This document shows, in pieces, positions 1 to 9,010 of a stretch of 64,000 nucleotides of DNA. A model generated the notes under the pieces. It was not told the DNA's origin. It saw only the letters and a program-made list of their open reading frames with translations, and did no database searches. The DNA is from Burkholderiales bacterium (GTDB lineage: Bacteria; Pseudomonadota; Gammaproteobacteria; Burkholderiales; SG8-39): contig JBFWWT010000005.1 of NCBI GenBank assembly GCA_050246035.1, positions 16,575-80,574 of the forward strand. The letters run 5' to 3'. Every line of letters begins with the position of its first letter. Position 1 is the first letter of the stretch. A program made the translations under genes and the position numbers.

Positions 1-555
1 GGAGACGTACACCTTGACGAGGTTCTTCTTCGCCATGGGCCCGAGGATGTCGAGGTCCCGTTCGACCAGCGCCGACTTGGTGACGATGGTGAGCGGGTGG
101 TCGCACTCGGCGAGCACCTCGAGCAGCTGGCGCATGATGCGGAACCTGCGCTCGACCGGCTGGTAGGCGTCGGTGTTCGTGCCGAAGGCCAAGGGAGAGA
201 CCTTGTAGCCCGGCTTCGCCAGCTCCACGCGCAGCAGCTCCGCGGCGTTCGTCTTCGCGAACAGCTTCGTCTCGAAGTCGAGCCCGGGCGAGAGCTCGAG
301 GTAGGCGTGGCTCGGGCGGGCGTAGCAGTAGACACACCCATGCTCGCACCCCCTGTAGGGATTGATCGACTGCTCGAACGGGATGTCCGGCGAATCGTTC
401 TTCGAGATGATCGAGCGCGCGCGCTCCACGGTCGCGGTCGTCGCGAGCGGCGGTGCCGGCTCGTCCTCCCGCGTCCAGCCGTCGTCGAACGCCTCGCGCC
501 CGACGGACTCGAAGCGACCCGGGATCTGCGAAAGCGCGCCGCGCAGCCGATGCAT
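1..555 (-). CDS. PA0069/Rv2578c-family radical SAM protein (SplB-like), runs off the window start
   Basis: Not in the ORF track. Read manually from ATG 555: MHRLRGALSQIPGRFE...SINPYRGCEHGCVYCYARPSHAYL (CxxxCxxC), GTNTDAYQP, TIVTKS. Confidence 0.92.
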   Translation of the reverse strand, partial: MHRLRGALSQIPGRFESVGREAFDDGWTREDEPAPPLATTATVERARSIISKNDSPDIPFEQSINPYRGCEHGCVYCYARPSHAYLELSPGLDFETKLFAKTNAAELLRVELAKPGYKVSPLAFGTNTDAYQPVERRFRIMRQLLEVLAECDHPLTIVTKSALVERDLDILGPMAKKNLVKVYVS

Positions 556-582
556 TCGTTCTAGAATGGCCTGGATCCCCGA

Positions 583-602
583 TACTGTATAGATGAACAG
601 TA
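583..602. promoter_or_regulatory. LexA (SOS) box
   Basis: TACTGTATAGATGAACAGTA = CTG-N10-CAG with TA flanks; upstream of the PA0069-like gene. Confidence 0.85.
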
Positions 603-1768
603 CCCGCCGCAACGTCGGCCTGCTCGCGGCCTGCCAGGCGCTGCTTTTCACCAACAACGCCACTCTGATCGCGATCAACGGGCTGGCGGGGCTCGCGCTC
701 GCGCCGCGCGCGGCGCTCGCCACGCTGCCGGTGACCTGCTGGGTGATCGGCGGCGCGATCGCCACGATGCCCGCGTCGCTGCACATGCGGCGCGTCGGCC
801 GCCAGGCCGGGCTCTCGGCGGGCACCGTGTGGGGCATCGTCGGCGCGCTCATCTGCGCCGGCGCGGTGTGGGCGCAGAGCTTCTGGCTGCTGTGCTTCGG
901 CACGCTCGTCTTCGGCGTGTACAACGCCTACGGCCAGTACTACCGCTTCGCCGCCGCCGACGCCGCGAGCGCCGACTTCAAGAGCACCGCGATCTCGCTC
1001 GTGCTCGCGGGCGGGCTGGTGGGCGGGATCATCGGGCCGACGGCGAGCCGCTACACCGTGGACCTGATGCAGCCGCGCTTCGTCGGCGCCTACCTCGCGC
1101 TGATCGGCTTCGCCGTCGCGACGCTGATCCTGCTGCGCTTCATCCGCATCCCGCCGCTCTCGGCCAAGGCGCAGGCGAGCACCGGCCGGCCGCTCTCCAG
1201 AATCGCCGCGCAGCCCAAGTTCATCGTCGCGGTACTGTCGGGCGCCATCGGCTACGGGGTGATGAACTTCCTCATGACCTCGACGCCGATCGCCATGGGC
1301 GTGTGCGGGCATCCCTACACGGACGCCGCCTTCGTCATCTCCTCGCACGTGGTGGCCATGTTCGCGCCTTCGTTCTTTACCGGCGGGCTGATCAAGCGCG
1401 CCGGCGTGCTGCCCGTGATGTTCACGGGTGCGCTGCTCAACTTCGCCGCGATCGGCGTGGCGCTCTCGGGCATCGCCGTGTCGCAATTCTGGGTCTCGCT
1501 CGTGCTGCTCGGCGTGGGCTGGAACTTCCTCTACATCGGCGGCACGTCGCTGCTCACGCAGACCTACCGGCCCGAGGAGATGGCGAAGGCGCAAGGGGCG
1601 AACGACCAGGCCATCTTCATCATGATGGCGATCTCCTCCTTCACCTCCGGGCTCACGGTCACCGCGGCGGGCTGGGAGCGGGTGAACCTCTTCGCGCTGC
1701 CGATGGTCGCCCTGGTCGCGATCGCCATCGTCTGGTACGGCGTGACACAGCGCGCGCGCCCGGCATGA
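593..1768 (+). CDS. MFS transporter
   Basis: 391 aa, about 12 hydrophobic segments, YRFAAAD, GVGWNF. Confidence 0.9.
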   Translation: MNSTRRNVGLLAACQALLFTNNATLIAINGLAGLALAPRAALATLPVTCWVIGGAIATMPASLHMRRVGRQAGLSAGTVWGIVGALICAGAVWAQSFWLLCFGTLVFGVYNAYGQYYRFAAADAASADFKSTAISLVLAGGLVGGIIGPTASRYTVDLMQPRFVGAYLALIGFAVATLILLRFIRIPPLSAKAQASTGRPLSRIAAQPKFIVAVLSGAIGYGVMNFLMTSTPIAMGVCGHPYTDAAFVISSHVVAMFAPSFFTGGLIKRAGVLPVMFTGALLNFAAIGVALSGIAVSQFWVSLVLLGVGWNFLYIGGTSLLTQTYRPEEMAKAQGANDQAIFIMMAISSFTSGLTVTAAGWERVNLFALPMVALVAIAIVWYGVTQRARPA

Positions 1769-2874
1769 AGCCCCCGGCAGAGATCGGCCGGAAGCTCGAG
1801 GACGTCGATACCCCGGCGCTCGTCCTCGACCTGGACGCCTTCGAGCGCAACCTGAAGACCATGGCCGACCTGGCGCGCGGCAAGGCGCGCGTGCGCGCGC
1901 ACGCGAAGACGAGCAAGTGTCCCGAGGTGGCCAAGCGCCAGATCGCGCTCGGCGCGGTGGGCGTTTGCTGCCAGAAGGTGTCGGAAGCCGAGGCGATGGT
2001 GGAAGGCGGCATCGGCGACGTGCTGGTGTCGAACGAGGTAGTGGGCGATTCGAAGCTCGCGCGCCTCGCCGCGCTCGCCCGGCGCGCGAAGCTCGGCGTG
2101 TGCGTCGACGACCTGCAGAACCTGAAGGCGCTCGAGGCCGCCGCCGCCCAGGCGGGCGCCACGCTCGACGTCTACGTCGAGCTGGAGGTCGGCATGGGGC
2201 GCTGCGGCGTGGCGCCGGGCGAGCCGGCGATGCTGCTCGCGCGCGCCGTCACGGCGTGCCGGCACCTGCGCTTCGCGGGCCTGCAGGCCTACCACGGGCG
2301 CGCGCAGCACGTGCGCTCGCTCGCCGAGCGCCGGGAGATCATCGGCAAGGCGGCGGCCGCCGTGCGGCACACGCGCGCGCTCCTCGAGAAGCAATCGGTC
2401 CTCTGCCCGATCGTCACCGGGGCGGGCAGCGGCACCTTCATGCTCGAGATCGAGACCGGCGCCTGGGACGAGATCCAGCCGGGCTCGTACGCCTTCATGG
2501 ACGCCGACTACGCGAAGAACGAGTGGGCGCCGCCGCTGCCGCGCTTCGCGCACGCGCTATTCGTCTACGCCACGGTGATGAGCCGGCCGCGGCGCGATCG
2601 CGCCATCGTGGACGCGGGGCTCAAGGCCTCGAGCGTCGACTCGGGCATGCCCGCGGTGTGGTCGCGCCCGGGGCTCGAATACGTCCAGGCCTCGGACGAG
2701 CACGGCTTCGTCACGATCGCCGAGGGCGCCGCCGCGCCCGCGCTCGGCGAGAAGCTCCTCCTCGTGCCCGGCCACTGCGACCCCACCATCAACCTGCACG
2801 ACTGGTACGTGGGCGTGCGCAACGGCGTGGTCGAGGCGCTCTGGCCGATCACCGCGCGCGGGGCGCTCGCCTGA
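1765..2874 (+). CDS. DSD1-family PLP enzyme (D-threonine aldolase / 3-hydroxy-D-aspartate aldolase-like)
   Basis: ATGA overlap at 1765; DTPALVLD, RAHAKTSK, EIQPGSY, DAGLK, SDEHG, PGHCDPTINLHD. Confidence 0.88.
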   Translation: MKPPAEIGRKLEDVDTPALVLDLDAFERNLKTMADLARGKARVRAHAKTSKCPEVAKRQIALGAVGVCCQKVSEAEAMVEGGIGDVLVSNEVVGDSKLARLAALARRAKLGVCVDDLQNLKALEAAAAQAGATLDVYVELEVGMGRCGVAPGEPAMLLARAVTACRHLRFAGLQAYHGRAQHVRSLAERREIIGKAAAAVRHTRALLEKQSVLCPIVTGAGSGTFMLEIETGAWDEIQPGSYAFMDADYAKNEWAPPLPRFAHALFVYATVMSRPRRDRAIVDAGLKASSVDSGMPAVWSRPGLEYVQASDEHGFVTIAEGAAAPALGEKLLLVPGHCDPTINLHDWYVGVRNGVVEALWPITARGALA

Positions 2875-4055
2875 CGGAGGCGCGCTACGGCTGGGTGGTG
2901 GTGGCGAGCGCCTTCACCCTCATGTTCGTGGGCTTCGGCGTCGCCTACGCGTTCGCCGCCTTCTTCACGGCCTTCCAGGTGGAGTTCGGCGCGCCGCGCG
3001 CGCACGTCTCGCTCGTGTTCTCGCTCTGCGCGCTGCTGTGGTTTTCCTTCGGCGTGCCGGGCGGGCTGCTCGCCGACCGTTTCGGGCCGCGCGGCGTGTG
3101 CCTCGCGGGGGTGCTGTTCATGGCGGGCGGGCTGGCGGCCGCGGCGCACGCGTCGTCGCTCCTCGTCGTCTACGCCACCTACAGCATCGGCATCGGCGTG
3201 GGCATCGGACTTTCCTACGTGCCCTCGGTCGCGGCGGTGCAGCACTGGTTCACGCGCAACCGCGTGCTGGCGGGCGGCATCGCGGTCTCCGGCATCGGCG
3301 CGGGCAACCTCCTCATGCCGCCGCTCGCCGCCTGGTGGATCGACCTCTGGGGCTGGCGCGGCGCTTACCTGGGCCTGATGACGCTCGCGCTCGCCGCCGC
3401 GGTGCCCGCGGCACTGCTTCTCGGCGGGCGCGCGGCGACGCGCGCGGCGGCCGCGGGCGCCTCGCTGCCGGGCATGAGCCTGCGCGAGGCGATGCGCAGC
3501 CGTCTCTTCTGGCTCATGTACGCCGTCGCCTTCCTCATCTGCGTCGGCTTCTTTGTGCCGATGGTGCATCTCGTGCCTTACGCGCAGGACGTGGGACTTT
3601 CGGAGGCGCGCGGGGTCACCCTGGTCAGCCTGCTGGGGCTGGGCAGCCTCGTCGGGCGCTTCGCCATGGGCCCGGTGGCCGCGCGCCTCGGGCACGCGCG
3701 CTCGCTGGTGGCGATCGGCGCAGGGCTCGGGCTGCTGTTCCTCGTCTGGTGGACGGCGCAGAGTTTCTGGCTGCTCGCCGCCTTCGCCGTGTGCTTCGGC
3801 ACGCTCTACGGCGGCTATGTCGCGCTCGCGCCGACGCTGAGCATGGATCTGTTCGGGCCGAAGAGCCTGTCGGCGATCCTCGGCGCGCTGTACACCGCCG
3901 CGGGCATCGCGACGCTCATCGGCCCCACCTTCGCCGGCGCGAGCTACGACGCGTTCGGCAGCTACGACGTGCCGATCCTCGCGTGCGCGGCCCTGTGCTT
4001 CGCGGGCGCGGGTCTCGCGCTCGCCTTGCGCCGGCACTTCACCCACGGCGCATGA
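2871..4055 (+). CDS. MFS transporter (MCT/OFA-like); probable CTG start (alternative GTG 2895)
   Basis: YGWVVV start, GLLADRFGPR motif A, WF..R..A.GIA..G.G; CTGA overlap with the upstream stop. Confidence 0.85.
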   Translation: MTEARYGWVVVASAFTLMFVGFGVAYAFAAFFTAFQVEFGAPRAHVSLVFSLCALLWFSFGVPGGLLADRFGPRGVCLAGVLFMAGGLAAAAHASSLLVVYATYSIGIGVGIGLSYVPSVAAVQHWFTRNRVLAGGIAVSGIGAGNLLMPPLAAWWIDLWGWRGAYLGLMTLALAAAVPAALLLGGRAATRAAAAGASLPGMSLREAMRSRLFWLMYAVAFLICVGFFVPMVHLVPYAQDVGLSEARGVTLVSLLGLGSLVGRFAMGPVAARLGHARSLVAIGAGLGLLFLVWWTAQSFWLLAAFAVCFGTLYGGYVALAPTLSMDLFGPKSLSAILGALYTAAGIATLIGPTFAGASYDAFGSYDVPILACAALCFAGAGLALALRRHFTHGA

Positions 4056-4819
4056 GCCGGCGGCCCGCCCTCACCGTGAGCGAGGCGCGCGGCGTGCGCA
4101 CGCTGCATGTCGGCGGCGAGGCGATCCAGAGCTCGATGCGCCTGTCGGACCCGTTCGCGCTCGAGCTCGAGTACACGCGCTGCATGACGGCGTTCCTGCT
4201 CTTCCACCCGCGCCCGGCGCGCGCGCTGAAGATCGGGCTGGGCGGGGGCTCGCTCGTGAAGTTCTTCTGGCAGCGGCTGCCGGGGTTGCGCACGCGCGTC
4301 GTGGAGCTCGACCCGCGCGTCGTGCGCGTGGCGCGCGAGCAGTTCCACCTGCCGCCGGACGACGCGCGGCTCGCGGTGGAGATCGGCGACGGCGCCGAGG
4401 CGCTCGCGCCCGAGTGCTGCGACCTGCTGGTGGTGGACGCCTTCGACGACGAGCATCCGCCCGCGGCGCTCGTCAGCCAGGACTTCTTCGACGCGGCCTG
4501 GCTCGCGCTGGAGGCGCCGGGCGCGCTCGTGCTCAACCTCATGAACGACGATCCGAAGCTCGACGAGCGCATCGCGCGCGTCGAGCGCGCCTTCGGCGGC
4601 GCGGCGCTCGCGCTGCCGGCGCTCTACGACCCCAACGTGATCGTCATCGCGCTGAAGGGCGCGCCGGCGCGCCTGTCGTGGGACGAGCTGCGCCGCCGCG
4701 CGCGCTCGCTCGAGCGGCGCTTCGGCATCCCCTACGCGCGCTACCTGCCGCGCCTGAAACGCATGAATCGCTGCGACGCCGGCGCTCTTATAATCGTCCC
4801 GGAAGGAGGCGCGGCGTGA
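4052..4819 (+). CDS. Spermidine synthase-like SAM-dependent transferase
   Basis: ATGA overlap; IQSSMRL, IGLGGGSL, VVELDP, LVVDAFD. Confidence 0.8.
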   Translation: MSRRPALTVSEARGVRTLHVGGEAIQSSMRLSDPFALELEYTRCMTAFLLFHPRPARALKIGLGGGSLVKFFWQRLPGLRTRVVELDPRVVRVAREQFHLPPDDARLAVEIGDGAEALAPECCDLLVVDAFDDEHPPAALVSQDFFDAAWLALEAPGALVLNLMNDDPKLDERIARVERAFGGAALALPALYDPNVIVIALKGAPARLSWDELRRRARSLERRFGIPYARYLPRLKRMNRCDAGALIIVPEGGAA

Positions 4820-5445
4820 TTCTCTCCAGCGAAAGCTTCACCGACGGCGGCGCGATCCCGGGGCGCTGCGCGTTCGCGGTGCCCGACGCCGCGAGCCGCG
4901 TGCGGCTCGCGGACAACCGCAATCCGCACTTCGCCTGGTCGGGCCTGCCCGCGGGCACCCGATCGCTCGCGCTCGTGTGCCACGACGCCGACGTGCCCTC
5001 GAAGGCGGACGACGTCAACCAGGAGGGCCGCAGCATCCCGGCCGACCTGCCGCGCACCGTCTTCCACCACTGGCTGCTTGTCGACCTGAGGCCCGACGCG
5101 GGCCCGATCCGCGAGGGCGAGTTCTCGAGCGGCGTTACCGCCGGCGGCAAGAACGGCCCGGCCGCGCCGCGCGGCACGCGCCAGGGGCTGAACGACTACA
5201 CGATGTGGTTCGCCAACGACAAGGAGATGGCGGGCGACTATTTCGGCTACGACGGGCCCTGCCCGCCGTGGAACGACACCCTCGCGCACCGCTACGTGTT
5301 CACGCTGTACGCGCTCGGCGCGGAGCGCGCCCCGGTGGACGGCGCGTTTCGCGGCCCGGAGCTGCTCGCCGCGATCCGGCCGCTCGTGCTGGCGAGCGCG
5401 CAGATCACCGGCCGCTACGCGCTCAATCCGGCGGTGAAGGTCTGA
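4816..5445 (+). CDS. YbhB/YbcL (PEBP/RKIP-like) protein
   Basis: GTG start after AGGAGG; HDADVP, FHHW, YDGPCPPW, HRYVFTLYAL. Confidence 0.9.
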   Translation: MILSSESFTDGGAIPGRCAFAVPDAASRVRLADNRNPHFAWSGLPAGTRSLALVCHDADVPSKADDVNQEGRSIPADLPRTVFHHWLLVDLRPDAGPIREGEFSSGVTAGGKNGPAAPRGTRQGLNDYTMWFANDKEMAGDYFGYDGPCPPWNDTLAHRYVFTLYALGAERAPVDGAFRGPELLAAIRPLVLASAQITGRYALNPAVKV

Positions 5446-6170
5446 GCGAAGCGCTGCTCCTTGCCCCGATCGCGTTCGGGGGCGCGCTCGTCTTCGGGCT
5501 CACCGGCTTCGGCTCGGCGCTGATCACCATCCCGCTCGCCACGCACTTCGTGCCGCTGCAGTTCGCGCTGGCGCTGTTCGCGCTCGTCGACTTCGCCTGC
5601 GCGTTCAGCGTGGGCCTGGAGAAGCCGGCGAACGCGGTGAAGGCCGAGTGGACGCGCCTCGTGCCCATGATCCTCGCCGGCACCGCGCTCGGGGTCACGG
5701 CGCTCGTCAGCCTGCCGCGCGCCGCGGGCATGCTCGCGCTCGGCGTGTTCGTCTTCGGCTACGCGCTCTACAGCCTCGCGCGGCGCGAGTCGCGCGGCGT
5801 CATCGCGCCGGCCTGGGCCTGGCCCGCGGGGCTCGCCGGAGGCGTCACCAGCGCGCTCTTCGGCGCGGGCGGCCCGCCGTACGCGATCTACCTGTCGCAG
5901 CGCGGCCTGACGAAGGAGCAGTTCCGCGCCACGATGGGCTTCGCGACGATGACCAGCATCTCGATCCGCGTGGTCGCGTTCCTCATCACCGGGCTTCTGC
6001 TCGTGCCCGAAGTGTGGCTCGCGGCGCTCGGCGCGGTGCCGGCGGCGCTTGCCGGCTTGTACGTGGCGCGGCGCGTCTACTTCAGGATCTCGCGCGAGCA
6101 GCTGCTGCGCGCGGTGGCGCTGGTGCTGCTTGCGGCCGGAGGGAGCCTCGTGCTGCGCGCGCTGGGCTAG
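5442..6170 (+). CDS. TauE/SafE (TSUP) family membrane protein; probable CTG start
   Basis: GLTGFGSAL, GAGGPP, FRAT; CTGA overlap with the upstream stop. Confidence 0.82.
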   Translation: MSEALLLAPIAFGGALVFGLTGFGSALITIPLATHFVPLQFALALFALVDFACAFSVGLEKPANAVKAEWTRLVPMILAGTALGVTALVSLPRAAGMLALGVFVFGYALYSLARRESRGVIAPAWAWPAGLAGGVTSALFGAGGPPYAIYLSQRGLTKEQFRATMGFATMTSISIRVVAFLITGLLLVPEVWLAALGAVPAALAGLYVARRVYFRISREQLLRAVALVLLAAGGSLVLRALG

Positions 6171-7378
6171 CGCGGGTACATGTACTCCCGCGACCACGGC
6201 AGGGGGTTGCGTCGCGGATCGTGGCTCTTCACCGCGAGCACCTGCTGGATCGATACCCAGCCCTGCGCAAAGGCGTACGCGCAGCCCGCGAGGTAGGTGC
6301 GCCAGATGCGCAGGCGCTTCTCGCCGGCGAAGGCGCGCGCCTTGTCCAGGCTCGCTTCCAGCCGGGCGCTCCAGTGCTCGAGGGTTTTCGCGTAGTGCAG
6401 GCGCCAGGTCTCGGCGTCCATCACCTCCAGCCCCGCCGCGCCCATCTCCCGGATGACGAGCGACAGGTGCGGCAGCTCGCCGTGGGGAAACACGTACTTG
6501 CCGATGAACTCGCCCGCGCCGAGGCCGACCGAGCGGCTTTCCGGGTCCACGGAGGTGATGCCGTGGTTCAACACGATGCCGCCGTCGGCGAGCAGCCGCC
6601 GGATGGCGCCGAAGTACACGGGCAGGTTCTTCAGGCCCACGTGCTCGAACATGCCGATGGAGGCGATCTTGTCGAACGCGCCCTCGCCGGCGATGTCGCG
6701 GTAGTCCTGGATGCGCACTTCGCAGCGATCGGCGAGCCCCGCGGCCCGGATGCGCTCGTTGGCGAGCGCGTGCTGGTTCTTGGAGAGCGTCACGCCGAGC
6801 GCCTTCACGCCGTAGCGCTCGGCGGCATGCATGACGAGCGCGCCCCAGCCGCAGCCGATGTCGAGGAATCGGTCGCCGCGCGCGAGGCGCAGCTTGCGGC
6901 AGATGTGGTCGAGCTTCGCTTCCTGCGCCTGGTCGATCGTCTCCTCGCCCGTCCGGAAGTACGCGCAGGAATACGCCATGCGCCGGTCCAGCCACAGGCC
7001 GTAGAAGTCGTTGGAGACGTCGTAGTGATAGCGGATCACCTCGGCGTCGGACTTCTTGGAGTGCTGGTTGCGCAGCAGCCCGGGCAGCCGGCCCTTCTTC
7101 TCGCCGCTCAGGCGCCGCGCGAGGCTCTCGGCGGCGCGGATCGCCTCGCCGATCGGGCCCTCGACGTCGATGTGGCCCTCGACGTAGGCCTCGCCGAGCT
7201 TGGCCATGTCCGCGTGGGCGAGGTAGCGCACGGCGGAGGCCGAGGGCACGCGCAGCGTCACGGTCGGGCGCTCGCCGAGCGCGTAGCGCTTGCCGTTCCA
7301 CAGCTCGATGGCGAGCGGCAGGTTCATGGCCGCCTGCAGCTCGCCGACCATCTTCTCGATGCGCGCTTCCAGCATCAT
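6167..7378 (-). CDS. cfa: Cyclopropane-fatty-acyl-phospholipid synthase family methyltransferase
   Basis: HYDVSNDFY, YSCAYF, LDIGCGWG, SIGMFEHVG, HYAKTL. Confidence 0.9.
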   Translation of the reverse strand: MMLEARIEKMVGELQAAMNLPLAIELWNGKRYALGERPTVTLRVPSASAVRYLAHADMAKLGEAYVEGHIDVEGPIGEAIRAAESLARRLSGEKKGRLPGLLRNQHSKKSDAEVIRYHYDVSNDFYGLWLDRRMAYSCAYFRTGEETIDQAQEAKLDHICRKLRLARGDRFLDIGCGWGALVMHAAERYGVKALGVTLSKNQHALANERIRAAGLADRCEVRIQDYRDIAGEGAFDKIASIGMFEHVGLKNLPVYFGAIRRLLADGGIVLNHGITSVDPESRSVGLGAGEFIGKYVFPHGELPHLSLVIREMGAAGLEVMDAETWRLHYAKTLEHWSARLEASLDKARAFAGEKRLRIWRTYLAGCAYAFAQGWVSIQQVLAVKSHDPRRNPLPWSREYMYPR

Positions 7379-8718
7379 GAGGTCGCCTTCTCCCTCATGG
7401 TAACGAATTCCTCGGCCGCGGTGGGGTGGATGCCGACGGTGGCATCGAATTGCGCCTTGGTCGCCCCCAGCTTCACCGCGATCGCCACGCCCTGGAGGAT
7501 CTCGCCGGCGTCGGGGCCGATCATGTGCGCGCCCACGACGCGCTGCGACGCAGCATCCACGACCAGCTTCATGAACGTGCGCTCTTCGTGCGCGCCGAGC
7601 GTGTGCTTGAGCGCGCGGAACGCGGTCTTGTAGACGTCGATCCGACCGAAGCGCTCGTGCGCGGCCTGCTCGCCGAGCCCTACGGTGGCGATATTGGGAT
7701 CGCAGAACACGGCGGTCGGCACGTTCTCGTGATCGAACGGCGTCGGCTTGCCGCCGAACAGCGTGCTCGCCACCGCCATGCCCTCGGCGGTGGCCACCGG
7801 CGTGAGGTTGAGCCGGTTGGTGACGTCGCCGATCGCGTAGACGGAGTCCGTCGAGGACTTGCCGAAAGCGTCCACCACGACGGCGCCGTCCGGCGCGAGC
7901 GCGACGCCCGCGCCCTCCAGCCCGAGGCCGGCCGTGTTGGGCTTGCGGCCCGTGGCGAAGAGGACGAGGTCCACCTCCTGGGTGCTGCCGTCCTCGTAGG
8001 CGACACGGATGCCGGGCTCGAGCTTCGCCGGGTTCGACCGCAGCCGCAGCGACACCCCCTTCTTCGCCAGCTCTTCGCCGATGCGGCTGCGCAGGTCGCC
8101 GTCGAAGCCCCGCAGCAGCTGGTCCCCGCGGTAGGCGAGCGTCGTCTCCACGCCCAGGCCGTTGAAGATGGAGGCGAACTCGAGCGCGATGTAGCCGCCG
8201 CCCACGACGAGCGCGCGACGGGGGAGCCGCTCCAGGGAGAACGCCTCGTTCGAGGTGATGGCGAGCTCGCGCCCCGGTATCTGCGGCACCTGCGGCCAGG
8301 AGCCGGTGGCGACCAGGATGTGGCGCGCCGTGTAGCGCCGGTCACCCGCTTCCACCGTGTGCGCGTCCAGCACGCGGGCGCGCGCGCGCACGACCGCGAC
8401 GCCCGCCTTCGCGAGGAGGCTCTCGTAGATGCCGTTCAGCCGCGCGATCTCGCGGTCCTTGTTCGCGACGAGGGTGCGCCAGTCGAAGCGCGGCTCGCCG
8501 AGCGTCCAGCCGAAGCCGCGGGCCACGGCGAAGTCCTCGCGGTAGTGCGCCGCGTAGGCGAAGAGCTTCTTGGGAATGCAGCCGACGTTGACGCAGGTGC
8601 CGCCGAAGCGGCCGTCCTCGGCGACGGCGACGCGAGCGCCGTAGGTCGCGGCGAAGCGGCTCGCGCGCACGCCGCCCGAGCCGCCGCCGATCGTGAACAG
8701 GTCGAAGTCGAACGCCAG
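7375..8718 (-). CDS. gor: Glutathione-disulfide reductase; start appears to be CTG 8718
   Basis: (L/M)AFDFDLFTIGGGSGGVRAS, GGTCVNVGCIPKK, GGGYIALE, IHPTAAEEFVTM. Confidence 0.92.
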   Translation of the reverse strand: MAFDFDLFTIGGGSGGVRASRFAATYGARVAVAEDGRFGGTCVNVGCIPKKLFAYAAHYREDFAVARGFGWTLGEPRFDWRTLVANKDREIARLNGIYESLLAKAGVAVVRARARVLDAHTVEAGDRRYTARHILVATGSWPQVPQIPGRELAITSNEAFSLERLPRRALVVGGGYIALEFASIFNGLGVETTLAYRGDQLLRGFDGDLRSRIGEELAKKGVSLRLRSNPAKLEPGIRVAYEDGSTQEVDLVLFATGRKPNTAGLGLEGAGVALAPDGAVVVDAFGKSSTDSVYAIGDVTNRLNLTPVATAEGMAVASTLFGGKPTPFDHENVPTAVFCDPNIATVGLGEQAAHERFGRIDVYKTAFRALKHTLGAHEERTFMKLVVDAASQRVVGAHMIGPDAGEILQGVAIAVKLGATKAQFDATVGIHPTAAEEFVTMREKATS

Positions 8719-8724
8719 GCGCCG

Positions 8725-8991
8725 CTACTTCAGGTTGGGAAGATTGATCTCCACCAGCTCGAGCTGCGCGGCGAGCGACTTGTGCTCGGGCTTGTCGGCG
8801 AGCGACTTGAGCGCTGCACGCAGCGCCGCCGCGAGCGCCTCGCGAGGCGCCCCGGGGGCGGCGTCGAGCGCCTGCGCGACGTCGGCGAGGCCCGCGGCTC
8901 CTGCGGCATCGCGGATTCCGGCGAGGCGCGACTCGATCGCCGCGCGGTCGAGGTTCGTGACCAGCTTCAACGTCTGTTCGTGGCTGCTCAT
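8725..8991 (-). CDS. Hypothetical 88-aa helical protein
   Basis: ATG with GGGAG RBS and upstream TACAAT; host-like codon usage. Confidence 0.7.
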   Translation of the reverse strand: MSSHEQTLKLVTNLDRAAIESRLAGIRDAAGAAGLADVAQALDAAPGAPREALAAALRAALKSLADKPEHKSLAAQLELVEINLPNLK

Positions 8992-9010
8992 GCGATGCTC
9001 CCGGCGTGGA

